A program made the translations under genes and the position numbers. From assembly GCF_009914755.1 (NCBI RefSeq), contig NC_060932.1: a stretch of 64,000 nt of DNA. The stretch is one strand, 5' to 3'. The DNA is from the human T2T-CHM13v2.0 reference genome, Homo sapiens. Below, piece by piece: positions 41,645 to 56,102 of the stretch (position 1 is its first letter; each line of letters begins with the position of its first letter). The notes under the pieces were generated by a model, which was not told the origin of the DNA, made no database searches, and saw nothing but the letters and a program-made list of their open reading frames with translations.

Positions 41645-42019
41645 TATATGTTTATGTTCAATAAAACATTTCATGGTTAATGAAAGAGAAGACATTACTA
41701 GTGATACCACAGCAATATAAAGGGTCATAAGAGATTACTATGAACCATTAATGTGACAACAAGTTGGATAACTTACAGGAAATAAATAAATTACTAGAAA
41801 CGTAAAACCTAAGAAGAGAAAATCATGAAGAAATGAAAAATTTGAAGAGCCAGTAATGGGTAAGAAGATTGCATCTGAAATTAAAAAGCTGCCATCAAAG
41901 AAAAGTCTAGAACCTGATGAATTTATTGATGAATTCTACCAAACATTTAAAGAATTAACACCAATCCTCAAACACTTCCCCAATACTGAAGAGAATGCTT
42001 CCAAATTCCTTTTATGAGG

Positions 42020-42415
42020 TGTATTACTCAGGGTTATCTTAGGGGGACAGAGCTAATAGGGTGTATATATATATATATACATATATATGTACACACACAC
42101 CTATATATATATGAAATATGTAATATATATAATACTTAATAAACTCTCCTTTATATTATAGATGTTCGAGGGCAGGGATCATCCAGCATGGGAGAAAGAT
42201 ATAGGCTGGGAGTCTAGGCCCATCTCTCCTTTTTCTGCCTGCTTTATATTCGCTGGAAGCTGATTAGATTTGCCCAGCAGATTAAGGGTAGATCTGCCTC
42301 CCCAGCCCACTGACTCCAATGTTAATATCTTTTGGCAACACCCACACAGACACACCCACGATTAATACTTTGTATCCCTCCATCCAATCAAGTTGACACA
42401 GTATTAGCCATCACA
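42020..42415 (-). mobile_element. MLT2A (HERV-L) solo LTR with internal TA-rich tract
   Basis: 'tgtattactcagggtt...atccagcatgggagaaaga...caatcaagttgacaca..ccatcaca'; perfect 5-bp TSD tgagg. Confidence 0.88.
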
Positions 42416-42599
42416 TGAGGCAAGCATTATTATGATTTCAAAGTCAGACAAGGACACTAAAATAAAGGAAATTACAGGCTAATATTGCTGTTGATGGAAA
42501 AATCCTCAACATAATACTAGCAAAGAAAATTCAGCAGCACATTTAAAGGATGATACACCATGATCAAATGTGATTTACCCCCAGGATGCAATGATAGCT

Positions 42600-43030
42600 T
42601 GCTATAGTTTGGATATTTGATCCTCCAAACCTCATGTTGAAATTTGAGTCCCAATGCTGAAGTTAGGGCCTAGTGAGAAGTGTGTGGGTCACGAGGGGAG
42701 GATCCCTCATGAACAGTTTTAATGCCCTCCTTGATGGGGGATGGGGAGGGATGAGTGAGTTCTCACTCTTATTAGTTCCCATGAGAGACAGTTGTTAAAA
42801 AGAACCTGGCATCTCCCTATTCTTCCTCTCTTTCTTCCTCTCTCACCATGTGATCTCTATATATGCCTGCTTCCCTTCACCTTCCACCATGAGTGGAAGT
42901 AGTCCGAGGCTCTCATCAGAAGCAGATGCTGGTACCGTGCTTGTACAGCCTGCAGAACGGTAAGCCAAATAATCCTCTAACTTACCCAGCCCTAGGTATT
43001 CCTTTATAGCAATATGAATGGACTAACATA
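42600..43030 (+). mobile_element. MST (MSTB-like) MaLR solo LTR
   Basis: 'tgctatagtttggatatttg..aaacctcatgttgaaatt...ttcctttatagcaa'; TSD tagct/tggct. Confidence 0.85.
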
Positions 43031-43363
43031 TGGCTTAATATATGCAAACCAATAGATGTGATACAAGACGTTAAAAGAATGAAGGGTAAAAATCATATAG
43101 TAATTGCAATAAAAGTGAAGGAAAACATTTAACAAAATTCAGCTCCTTTCATAATAAAAACTCCCAAATTAGGAAGAAAAGGGAAGTACCTCAACACAAT
43201 AAAGCCTACAGCTTTCTGGATTATATGACAAGCCCACAGCTAACATCACTCTCAATGGTTAAAAGCCGAAAGCTTTTCCTCTAAGATCAGGAACGTGAAA
43301 AGGGTGCCCACTTTTACCACTACTGTTCAACACAGTAGTGAAAGTTCTAGCTGGAGAAATTAG

Positions 43364-43745
43364 TCTCTCTCTCTCTCTCTCTGTCTATATATATAAAACA
43401 TATATTTATGTTCAATAAAATGTTTCATGGTTAATGAAATAAAAGACATTTATATATAAATGTTATATTTATATATAAGTATATATTTGTATGTATAAAT
43501 ATATAAATATGGTTTCAGGTCTTACATGTAAGTCTTTGATTCACTTTGATTCACTTTGCATTGATTCATATACTTATATAAACCACTCGATTTATATATT
43601 TATATATAAATATATATTAACTTATATATTTGGATATATATGAAATATATAACATATATTTATATATGCCATATTTTATATATACACACACAAATAAAAG
43701 GCAAATTTTACTTCTTGAATTAAAAATATATTACAACATATATAT
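43364..43745. repeat. (CT)n/(TA)n low-complexity tract with embedded copied fragments
   Basis: AT-rich tract interrupts L1MA ORF2; see findings. Confidence 0.8.
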
Positions 43746-44497
43746 CACAATCAGATAAGAAAATAAGTAAAATTAGCTCTGTTTGCAGATGATAACATCT
43801 CAATATAGAACATTCTAAAGACTACCTTAAAAACTGTTAGAATAAAATATGAATTCAGTAAAGTTGGAGGATATAAAATAACACAGATATTCTGTTGTAT
43901 TTTTTATACACTAACAACCAACCATCTGAAAGTAAATCAAGAAAACTATGTCATTTATAATAGTTTAAAAATAAAATACTTAGAAATAAATTTAACTACG
44001 GAGATGAAAGATCTGTACACTGAAAACTATAGAATGCTTATAAATTGTGTAATGCACAAATAAATGGAAATATATCCTGCGTTCATGAGTTGGAAGAGTT
44101 AATATTATTAAAATGTCAGTACTACCTGAAGTGATTTATAGATTTAATGCAATCCTTATCAACATTTCAGTGGCATTTTTTACAGAAGTAGAAAACTTTT
44201 TCTGGAAACAAAAAAGATCCTAAAGAGCCAAATCAATTTAGAAACAAAAAAGAAGGCTGAAGCATCATACTTCTCATCATACTTCTTGAATTAAAACTCT
44301 ACTACAACATTACATTAATCGAAACAGTTTGGTACTGTCATGAAAACAGACATACACCAACAGAAGAGAATAGAGTGCCCCAAAATAAATCCATACATTT
44401 ATGTTTAATTTATCTTCACCAATGATACCAATAACATACAATGGGAAAAGGATAGTCTCTTCAATAAATGATTTTAGGTAAACTGGATATTCACATG

Positions 44498-44861
44498 TGC
44501 TATTGTTTGTCCTTTTTTCAAAACTCATGTTGAATTTTAATTGCCATTGTGATAGTATCAAAAGGTGGAACATTTTAAGAGGTAATTAGGTGAAGAGACT
44601 TACGCTTTCATGAATGGATTAATGCCATTATGGGCAGAGTAGGCTCCCCCCATTTTCTCTCTGTCCTGCACAATTCCTGCCTTTTTCTCTTTGAGCCATG
44701 GGATGATGCAACAAGAAAGCCCTCACCAGATAGCTAAGCAGATGCCAGCACCACATCTTAGGACTTCCTAGCTTCCAGAAGCATGAGTTAAATAATTTTT
44801 TTTTCTTTACAAATTACTCAGGCTGTGGTACTATATTATAGCAGCAGAAAATCTAAGGCCA
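44498..44861 (+). mobile_element. MST/MLT1A-type MaLR solo LTR
   Basis: 'tgcta..aaaactcatgttgaa...ggacttcctagcttccagaa...tatagcagcagaaaa'. Confidence 0.75.
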
Positions 44862-45954
44862 TATAAAACTTAATAAAATTGACCCCCTTTTTTCACAGCA
44901 TATCAATGTAAAGTAAATCATGACTTAAATGTAGGACCTGAAACCATAAAACTACTAAGAAAACATAGGAGAAATGCTCCTTAATGTTGGTGTGGGTTAT
45001 GATTTTTGAAAATGAACTTAAAAGCACAAGTAACAATATCAAAAATGGACAAACAAAATTTTATCAAATTATAAAGCTTCTGCAGAGCAAAGGAAACAAA
45101 AAAGTGAATAGACAATCCATAGCATGGGAGAAAATATTCATAAACCATACATAGGGCTTAACTCAAAATGAATAAAAACTCAAATAATTCAACAGAAAAA
45201 AACAGTAACTAATTTAAAAGACATTTTTCAAAAGAAGACATACCCGTTATTAACAGCTATATTAAAAGGTGCTCAACTGTCACTAAACATTAGGGAAATG
45301 CAAATTAAAACTGCAATGAGTTGTCATCTCACGTCTGCTAGAATGGCTATTATTAAACTGACAAAACAATTGTTGGCAAAGACATGCAGTAAAGGGAACC
45401 CTTGTAGACTATTAAGGGGAATGTAAATTAGTACAGCTATTATAGAAAACTGTATGGAGGTTTCTCAAAAATGTAAACAAACAAACAAAAATGACACATG
45501 ACCTAGCTATCTGCCTCCTGGGTATATATCTGAAAGAAATTAATTCAGTATGATGAAGAGATATCTGCATTCCCATGTTCATTGCAGCATTATTCACAAT
45601 AGCTAAGATATGTAAGTAACTCGAGTGTCCATCAGTGTATGAATAAAGAAAATGTGGTATACATACACAATGGAACATTATTTAGCCTTAAAAAATGAAA
45701 TTCTGTCATTTGTGACAACATGGATAAACCTGGAGCACATTACGCTAATGACATTAATCAAGCACAAAAAGACAAATACCACACGATGTCACTTATATGT
45801 GGAATGTAGAAATATCAGACTAATAGAAGCAGAGAGTAGAATGGTGGTTGCCAGTGAATTTGGGGACTGGGGAAATGAGGAGATCTTGGTCAAAGGATAC
45901 AGTTTCAGTTATGCAGGATGAATATATTCGGGAGATACACTACAGCATGCTGAC

Positions 45955-46310
45955 TGATATGGTTTTGGTGTGTCCCCACCCAAATCTCTCCTTGAATTGT
46001 AATAATCCTCACGTGTCAAGGGCAGGGCCTGGTGGAGATAATTGAATCATGGGGGCAGTCTGCCCCGTACTGTTCTCATGGTACTGAATAAGTCTCACGA
46101 GATAGGATAGTTTTATAAATGGGAGTTCCCCTGCACAAGTTCTCTTTCCTGCTGCCGTGTAAGATGGAACTTTGCTGTTCATTTGCCTTTGACCGTAATT
46201 GTGAGGCCTCCCCAGCCATGTAGAACTGTGAGTCAATTAAACCTCTTTCCTTTATAAATTACTCAGTCTCAGGTATGTCTTTATTAGCAGCGTGAGAACA
46301 AACTAATACA
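45955..46310 (+). mobile_element. THE1 (THE1B/C-like) solo LTR
   Basis: 'tgatatggtttt..gtgtccccacccaaatctc...aactaataca'; TSD ctgac/gtgac. Confidence 0.92.
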
Positions 46311-46759
46311 GTGACTATAGTTAATAATACCGTATTGTATACTTGAAATTTGCTAAAGAGTAGATGTTAAATGTTCTCACCACAAAAAAAATAAGGTGAC
46401 TATATGAGGTTTTGGATATGATAATTAGCTGGATTGTCGTAATCATTTCACAATGTGTATATATACATAAGTATCACACTGTAAACCTCAAATATGTACA
46501 ATTTTAATTTGTTAATTTTACCTCAATAAAGCTGGAAAATGATGAACAAAGTACAAATAGTCAAACTTAATCTTCAGTATTGGTTTGGTGTTTTATAGAA
46601 ACCTGAGAAAAAGGTAATGGCTATGTCTCACAGACTCTTCTTGGGAATGTGAAATAGGAGAACTTATATGATATGATCAGAGAAGGCATACATATAGAAC
46701 GATTAGCTTTCTGCATTCAATGATGTCTTAGTATTAAGAAATGTATTAACATATTTTGT

Positions 46760-48140
46760 CACATCGACAAGTTCAAAAACTGAAATCAAGATGACCTGAG
46801 TAGATGCCTCAAGGGCATTTGATAAATACAAATTCCCTCCTAAACTGAAAAAAAGTAAAATAGAAACAAGTCTCTCCTTTAATATAATGAAAGATATTTA
46901 TTTCAAAACAATAGTTAGTATCTTAATTACTAGTGAAACACTAAGAATGTTACTATTAAACTTGGGACTAAGACAAGGATGATTATGTCCTGCAGTGATT
47001 AACTTTATTTGAAAATCATTCCCTGATGCAGCTTACACACAAGGTGGGAAACACAGTATAAGAAAAAATTGAAATTATTTACATTTAACATGCTTAAAAA
47101 TAGAGAATCATTGAAAAATATTAGGACTTCTAAAAATATTGGGTAAAATAAATAATTACTAAAATATTCAACAGCTTCTTCTAGCACTGCCCCACCCAAA
47201 TTTAGAAAATATAATGAGCAAAAAAAGATTGCATATATAGTATTTTATTAAGTAGTTGTTAGGGTCTATTAGGAATGCTCTAAAAATTGCAGTGACTGGC
47301 ATAAATGAGGACTCTATATTTCTCAAAGTGAAGATTCAATAATTTTAAAAAGTCAACTTTTACCTATTTTTAATTTTTAATTTAATTACAATGAAAGGAA
47401 AATCACATTTTAATTAGCAAAGTGATTTTAAAATGTTCTTCTAGCATAAAATATATGTGAGAATAACAAAAATATAAACATGCTCTTCCAAATGTCAAAA
47501 TTAATATAAAACTAGAACAATGAAACATTGTGGCCTTGGCACAGAAGTAGATAGATAATTGGAACAGAGTAAGAAGTCCACATAGCAATTGTAAGACATA
47601 TAAACATTTCAGTTTGTCTTGAATTATCATTTCAGATCAGTGCAGGATTTTGTGCATTTGTAAGTAGTGTTATGACAAGTATTTAGAAATATAAATTAAG
47701 TAAATAAATAAATAAATAAATGGAGTTTAGAACAGAATCTCTCACCACATACCAACACAATTTCTAAAAGATTTACAACTGGTTACAGTGGCTTCTTTCA
47801 TAAAAACACCAGAAACACATAGGTGATTATCTGGTCTCAGGATGAATAAGGCTCTTAAACAGGACAATAAAAAATATAAGCAACAGACATTATGGGGAAA
47901 ATTAGATGCTATATAAAATAAAAATCTCTTTTATCAAACAGCATAAAAGGAAGTTATTGGAAAAATAAATATTGATGAAAATAATTGGAATATGTATGTA
48001 AGATAATAGGTTAGCTGTCCTTAACACCAAAGATGGAAAAGGGTCAAAGAACACAAATGGATAATTTGTTAATGGAAAAATACAATTTTTCATTATTTTG
48101 AAATATGATATTTATCCCCAGAAATCAAGAAATTCATTTA
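46760..48140 (+). mobile_element. Highly degraded old L1 (L1MC/L1ME-like) ORF2 remnant
   Basis: 'tagatgc..gcatttgataaa', 'ggcacagaagtagatagataattggaacagagt'. Confidence 0.5.
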
Positions 48141-51100
48141 ATACAGCAAGTCTATGTCCTGTCTTACTTGATTATTCTGTTTTCTTTCATATGGAAATCC
48201 AAATTTGAGAACTCATGATGATTTTCCTGCATTTATAGCTCTTTCCCCTCTAAATTAAATTACAAAAAGAAAGTACTAAAAAGCCTAAAGCTTGTGTTCA
48301 AGGATGCCAATAATTTCACCCGTCTCTGAATTATGTCTCTTTTAATTATTATATAATTCTGGACAAAAGCCAGATAATGTTCTCACTGAAAAAAAAAAAA
48401 AAAACCCAAGTTTTCTGTAGAAATATGGCTTATATTTTACCGCAGGAATCAAAAGCTATTTTTAAATGAATTATTATCTTTCCTTTTTTTGCCAAAATAA
48501 AAATCACGCAGAATCCTATTTTTATTAAAATAAAAGGACCTTAGCATTTCTGAATTCTAGTTAAAATGGAAGCCTTTTGCTACAACATATGTGGAGATTT
48601 CAGTGCCTTGCTTATTTTAGCTCTTTCTTCTTACACTTAGTAATATTACCTGCCCACTTTACATTTGCAAACAGTGATTTGAACTGCATTATGCAGAAAA
48701 GACAGGAGTGTCTAGGAGAGAGTAAATCCTGGCCTGTCTGTAGAGTTGAATGTAGCAGCAGCATCTGCTCTGCTGCTACTCTCAGAGCAGTGCTCCTCTA
48801 CTCTTACATTATACACATATTTTACTTTGATGTTCATACCCGTCAGCTATGGGCCCCTCTCCATTCTCAACACCATAGGAATTCTAATTTCTTACTTTTA
48901 CACTGAATACTTTGGCACTAGACTCTTTGCCTCGTCATCCTTGTAACTCAATATATGGACCATTTATTGAACTTACTAGCCTCTCAGGTTCTCTGTGTCC
49001 ACATTTTCAATAACCTCCCTTTTACTTTACTGAAGTGCCTTTTCCTGACAACACTCTGAGTCATGATATCATCATCATTCACTTCATCTCTGAAATCAGA
49101 TGAGTTTTTAAAATCTGGATAAAACGTTTTATCTTGTCTTCTCCCCCTTTTAATTGCCTTATTTCATTGGTCTAGATGCCTTTTCTTTGTCTATATTCAT
49201 CCCTTTCTATCTCAATTTATTTCCATGTCTGGCTTTGATTCTGTACTCACTGTTCTTCTAGTGTACCTAACCCTATATCAATCCAAGGTCAATGTAGCCT
49301 TCTCTATACCTAGGCTTGAATTGTTGAGCAGAAATGAAGAAAATTACAAAATGTGTATATTGGTGTTTATATCAACTGGGTTTTCAGTTGCAAATATCAG
49401 AAACAAACTCTGACTCATTTAAACAGTATATTAGTATAATAAAAGGTATTGACTGAGTGGCTCACACAATTTCCAGAAGGACCTGAATTCTTGGCCATAG
49501 AAAATGCTCAAAGTCATGCTGAAGAACCACCCTATAAGACTCAAATGTTATTTCTGCTGGCTCAGTGGATGCAGGATATTTAACTATGTTATTAAAACTG
49601 TTGTTACTGATATCTTTGAAAACTGCATATAGTAATGTATTTCTAGCAGAATGTTGGGCTAGAAATTCTGAATCATCCAGAATATGTGGGTTAAATCATA
49701 ATCAACATACTTTTAAAAGCTTCTGAACATTTAAGAAAGTAAGTATTACCATCCAGTCTGTACCAAGGAAAATCAAACAAAAATCAAAATTTATTTGAGA
49801 TGATACAAATTGCTAGAAAGAGAAAATAGTATTAGCCCAAAGTCACATTCATATTTCAATTATTTAGATTCTTTGGGATAAAAGTCTGTTCCTGTAATGG
49901 TGTCTCTGAACCCACAGTGGAAGATAAACCTCAATGCTATGCATAACATGATATATAATATAAAATAATAAAACATTATATATTTATGTCATAAGAAATA
50001 AAACATGATTACTCATGTACTCATGAGCCACTGTAAGAAATGAAATATTTCCAAAATTTGTGAAGCCCCTTGTGTGACCATCCACAATCCTTCCTTTCCT
50101 ATTTCCATAACGCAGTAGCTATCAGATTGGCTGAACACAATCCTTCCTTCCCTCTCCCCTATTTTCTTCTGAGCTTCAAGCCTGTTGATTTTGGCTTCAA
50201 AATACATCTCAGCTGTATCCATTGCTTTTCCTTCCCACTGCTACTACTTGCTCCAGATTTCAATTGTTTTCTGTTATATCAGTAGCCTAAAACCTGGTCT
50301 TTGCAAATCTACCATGGCTCCATTCTAACCCATTCTCAATATTGCTATCTCAATGACCTGTTTCAAAAACAGAAATATGTCTACATTGTTGTCTGGTTAA
50401 AAACCCTCAATGCTTCCCTATTGTCTTTTTAAGAAAGTCAAAACTCCTTATATAAGGCCCTTCCTTTATTCCCTGTTCTGTCTACATGTCCAGAGCCATC
50501 TCTCTATGGTTCTCAGCTTAGATATAATTTCCCCTGTGAGCCTGTTGAGTGTATCTGTTATTAGCTTCTAGCATCCATTTTATCCTTCCTTGATGAGACC
50601 AGAATGTTTCGCTCACTCGGTACTTGTGCTATTAGGAAGGAGCATGTGATTCGGCCCTAGGTCACCCAGAATAACCCACTTCTCTGAGCCATGTGATTAT
50701 TTATGTATGATGGACACATGACCCAAGCCAATCCATTCAGAGGATATCTCAGTGCTTTGCTTGAGCTGTCTGCAAAGACTCAGAGAGTTGGGTTTGGCCT
50801 GATGTGATGATGCAAACCTGAAGACACTGGGCCACCATGTGCAAATTAGTTTAGAATCACCCATAATTGAATCCTGCATCTTCTATGCATGTTTTATGTA
50901 TGTGAACAAATTTATTTTTTCAAATACATTGGAGTTGTGTTTTCTGTGACTTGAAATGAAAAGATTGAGCACAGAGTCCTGCCCTAATTGTGCTTGAGTG
51001 GGTCAACCCTGCTGTCTGTTCTGAAGACCCTACACTACGCCCATGGCAATGCAGTTGTCACATTTCAAACTCGCCTCCTTGCTCACTCTGTTCTAACCAC

Positions 51101-51266
51101 GCTAGCCTCCTTGTTGTTTCTCCAGCAAGGGAAGCTTCAGCACCTCGGTGCCTTGGTAATTATTTTCCTTCTGCCTCATTCTTTCCCAACAATAGACTGT
51201 TTCTCAAAGTAACATTCTCAGAGAGCCTTTTGGTGGACACTCTCTTAAAAAATATAAATATGTCTT

Positions 51267-51556
<290 letters not shown>

Positions 51557-51594
51557 TTATATATATATAAAATTATATATATATTTATACATTT

Positions 51595-51726
51595 ATAGGC
51601 TTATAAGAGTTCAGAAATATATATAATATATTTATACATTTATATATAATATATAAATATATTAATTATATATAAATATATTAATTATATATAAATATAT
51701 ATATTTCTGAACTCTTATAAGCCTAT
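51595..51726. repeat. Perfect 31-bp inverted repeat around a 70-nt almost pure A/T spacer
   Basis: ataggcttataagagttcagaaatatatata (51595-51625) / tatatatatttctgaactcttataagcctat (51696-51726). Confidence 0.95.
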
Positions 51727-53559
51727 TTTTTCTACTTACCACTTGTAGCAATTTAATATACTCTAAGTATTTACTTATTTATCACACTATTGCTTATCTC
51801 TTCCATAACACACACTTAAGATGGAAATTGATATGTGTATTGCCTAGAACAATGTCTCACACATGATAAGGACGCAGTCTGTATTTTTCAACAAATGAAT
51901 ACAACTGTTTTTGAGTTTCGCCTATGTTCAGGCACTATTTTAGATTCTAAGTCTACACAAGTAAATATGACTGGCATGGTTCTTTTGCAGATAGCATATA
52001 GCCTAAAAGGAGAAATGCTAAACAAGTAATTATTAGTTTTGTTTTAGATCTACAAGGTCAAGGACATTTTTTTTATCATTGTATCTACTGCTCTGAGCAC
52101 ATGACCAGGAATTAAATACATATTTTTAAATGGTTGAACAAATTAATATCCTTCCTATCAAAACATAATCTGTCTAACCTGGGTGACTAACTGCCTGAGT
52201 AACCTGAAAGAGCTATAATAACTGTATTCTCATTTCTAAAATTGCAACCATACCAGTTGTCTTCCCTATTAGAAGAACCCAGGGCAAGACAAAGAGGACA
52301 TGCATATGAAAACACTTACAAAGAAATGAAATAATATATGAACAGAGTTATCATTACTGCTATTACTTTAATCACTTAAAATTTCCTTAGATAGAATTTA
52401 TTATAACTATTTCACTTAGGTAACATATACTTTCAGTTGTAAAACCTTATTATATTAATGCAGACATCATGGTACTATTTGTTAAAAAAATTTTATATGA
52501 TTTTTTGGGTTAATCATCCTGATTATAATTGTTTGCATTTCATACCTTTCCAAGACATCCCTCTTTAGCAACTCTAAACTTCTGAACAAAACCCACAGGC
52601 TTGTAACACATGCAATCAACAGCCAATCAGTGTTTGTCAAAAACTCTATTGACAAGATCTTGTTACCATTATGTTTTTTAAAGTTCTACCAAAACTAAAT
52701 TGATCTTTTTTAACTAGTTAAGAAAAAGCTAGTTTATAAATTAGAAATAAAAATTCTTTCATCTCCTATAGAAATAATATTTTACATTAGTAATTGTGTC
52801 ATTCTTATCTTGGTTCCTCACCAAGAATATTATAAAAGTAATTCTTGATCATATCATCATAGTGAGTGTACATTTTACCTTCATCTTGTTCACAGAAGAA
52901 CTGGTAATTGAATCATAATTCAATTACTATTTGGTTCTTTTCTTTTTTATTTGATTACCTTTTATCTCATTTTCTCCTAAATTGATTTGTTAAAACTGAA
53001 TTACTAATTGTTTTAATCTAAAAAGCTATTCTCATTTCTCATTCTGCCTGACCCGTTTGTACTTGACAATATTAATATTTTTGTGTGTAAATTAATAGTC
53101 CTTTGTACCCAAAATACACCTTTTTAATACTTTAAATTTTATTAATTTCAAATCATATTATCTTAGCAAATATCCCTGAGAGGAATTGGCAATGACAATC
53201 AATTACTGGCACATAAATTAATTTAATCTGTTTGTCTCTTCTAGCTAAGAAACATCATGTATGGAATGAGTTTGATTCATGTTAAAGAGGAAGTAATGAG
53301 AGATGATTGGTTGCATGAAAAATGCTGGAGAAGGGAATACTTGGGTTCTTAATGTAGTCAGAGAGACACAAGTAGGAAAGACATATTAAAAGGAGAGGAA
53401 AAAGGCAGAAAAGATTTATGAGCGGGAAGGTAAACAATGACTTTAGGTTTTCTTTGCACTGTCTCATTTTTTTCTACATTGGCTAATTTCAGATTGTCTA
53501 GTTCTTATCTTTTTTTGACATTATAAGCCAGGCAGGGATAAGAAGAAAACAGTCAAGTA

Positions 53560-54370
53560 TTTTGAACTTCTTATAGGATAAAGTCACTTGGTTGTTTATA
53601 AACTCCTCAAAGTCAAAATTTACAATATTCAAGAGCATCTTCCTCCCTGTGCATTTGCCTTTCTCTTTACCTTGCTTAATTGTGCCTGGTCCAGCCATTA
53701 TCAAACCCAGAATATCAGGATCAATGAAATTTTCTCCATCTGCTTTGATCATGATAGTCAATAATTATGGCACCTTGTCAATTGCACCTTCCCTCAGTTG
53801 GGTTACCTTTACTTCTTCTCCACTGGCACTTCTTTATTTCTGACCTTCATTACCTTTGTATTTTTGTCGTAACATAGTAATCTAATGTTCCTATTCACCT
53901 GTATAATAACTATATTCATTTCCCATTGTCTATGGGAATGGGCCTTGCAGTATCTGATTTCCATCTAATTTACAGTTTCAATAGGCAATCCTATGGATCC
54001 TATACTTTCATCACATCACACCACTTGCCATCCCTTGGCCATGTTTATCATATTTTATGCCTATATGTCTTTACATAAGTTGTTCCGTCTAGCTAGAATT
54101 GACTCCTACTCCTTCCTCTGGTGAAGTCCTAGTTATGTTCAACATCCAGCCCAAATGTTGTCTTTGCTGTGATATCTTTTCGGTACACAGATTATAGTAA
54201 GAAGAGTTATTTCTTTCTAACTCTGTATTCCCATAACACTACTGCATAATTATTTATGTTAAATTTTGTTTGCTGGCTCACTTTCTATTCTGTAAGCTGC
54301 TTGGTGACTGGGTTTGGAATAGTGCCTAATGCACAGTAGGTGCTGACTAAAATTTTGTTGAATGAAATTA
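53560..54370 (+). mobile_element. L2 remnants
   Basis: L2 3'-end-like 'atagtgcctaatgcacagtaggtgctgactaaaattttgttgaatgaa'. Confidence 0.5.
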
Positions 54371-54914
54371 GTCATCTCTGTTCAATAGTTTAGCATCCTA
54401 GAAAGACTTCACCGTGACAGTTGCAGTACTGACTATATTCAAAGGGTGTGCGTGTGGTTGTGGGTGTGTGTATTCAAAAATATTTTATATGCATGAACAT
54501 TGTAGCAGGCACCGTAATTTTAGGCTGTCATTAGGTAACTTGTACCTACTGAGAATAAATAAACAACAATTCTCAGGCCAAATGAGATGCATTAGGCTTA
54601 ACAACGGAAAAAACTCACAAGGATGAACTTTCTAATTCTATTCTTTAAGTACAACATACATTGCTGGGGTATCTTGAAAGTTTGCAACATCAAGAGAGGA
54701 GTTTGTAGGTTTTCAGCTGCTAATACACAGACCTTTATGGGTTACTCAGAACAATCATTGTTCCAGGAGATAAATGTTTCATAATCAAGTAAAATTATTG
54801 GTAATTAAACAAATGTAGGTGTACCTGCTAACTGCTAGGATGCAACTATAATGGAGCAACTTGTTTAACTTCTGTCCTTATGTGACCTGAGCTTTGAAGT
54901 TTCAATGTCCTGAC

Positions 54915-55026
54915 AAGAAGAAGAAGGAGAAGGAGGAGAAAGAGGAGGAGGAGGAGGAGAAGAAAAAGGAGGAGGAGGAAAAAGAGCAGCAGAAGGAGGA
55001 GGAAGAAGAAGAGGAGAAAGAGGAGC
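54915..55026. repeat. (GAG/GAA)n purine-rich microsatellite
   Basis: ~110 nt almost purely purine. Confidence 0.95.
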
Positions 55027-55746
55027 AAACTTTGAAAGAATTTTACAGATGCATGTGGACTAACTATAAATTATAAATAGGGTTTATTGGTATTAGGGTT
55101 TTCTTTGTTAGTATTAGTAACAGAAATTCAACAGGAACAGTCACAGACTGAAACTAATGTGAAGTATTGTTAAAAATTTTCCTTTGATTACATTGCAGAA
55201 TATATACATACATTTTCTAATTTGTTCAAATATTTTGTTTGTATCTGAACCTACAAAATATTTTCCTTTGCATGTTGACAAAGTAATTTTTCTTACTGTG
55301 ATGCTGAACTCCAATATCTCCTGCCCTTCTCTGACACATTGTTGTGACTAACCCATTATGCAAACTGCTGAAAAATGTAGTTCCAGCCTCAAATCTGTAT
55401 TGGTCAGTGCCAGCCACTGCTGTATCTTCATTTTCCAATATTCTTATCAGTATTCCTTGAGTCATTAACTTAGTCATATTTAATGAAAAGTTCTTGTCAT
55501 AAGATTACTTACACTATTCTTTAAATTTCTTCTAAAATCTATTTAGGTTTATGTCAGTAGGCATTAGGTGTTCTCCACCACAGAACACAAAAAATCAATC
55601 ATTTGATTTTCATGTTCATATTTTCATTCCTCTCTTAATATCTCAAATTACTCTATCTGATTAATGTAGATATTTAACAGTTACTAATTAAAATAGTCAT
55701 CATGCTATCTTTTAGATCAACAGAAGATAAAAATAAATCATTTAAA

Positions 55747-55997
55747 ATTTTTATTTTTAATTGACAAATAATTGCATATATTATATATTTATGAGGTAAA
55801 ATAGCTTTTGATATGTGTTTAAAATGTGAAATGATTAAATAAAGCTAATAAATCTATCACCTCATATTCATACCATATTTTTGTGGTGAAAACATTTAAA
55901 ATTCATTCAGTGATTTTGAAATATACAATGCATTATTATTTATTATTGTCACTATTCTGTGCAATGGATGACTAAAGCTCTTTCCTCCTATCTAACC
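55747..55997 (-). mobile_element. L1MA 3'-end fragment
   Basis: 'tttttatttttaattgacaaataattg...atcacctcata..tttttgtggtga'. Confidence 0.75.
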
Positions 55998-56102
55998 AAT
56001 CAAAGGCTACAAATACATCCTTTAATATTCAACTGTTTAGTGTTATTTCCCAGAATTCTACAAAAGTCTTATAATGTTATATCATATATTTCCTTGAAAA
56101 TA

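Noticed and set aside
54846-55076. Glu/Lys-rich and Leu-rich ORFs
   Set aside because: Translations of the GAG/GAA microsatellite.
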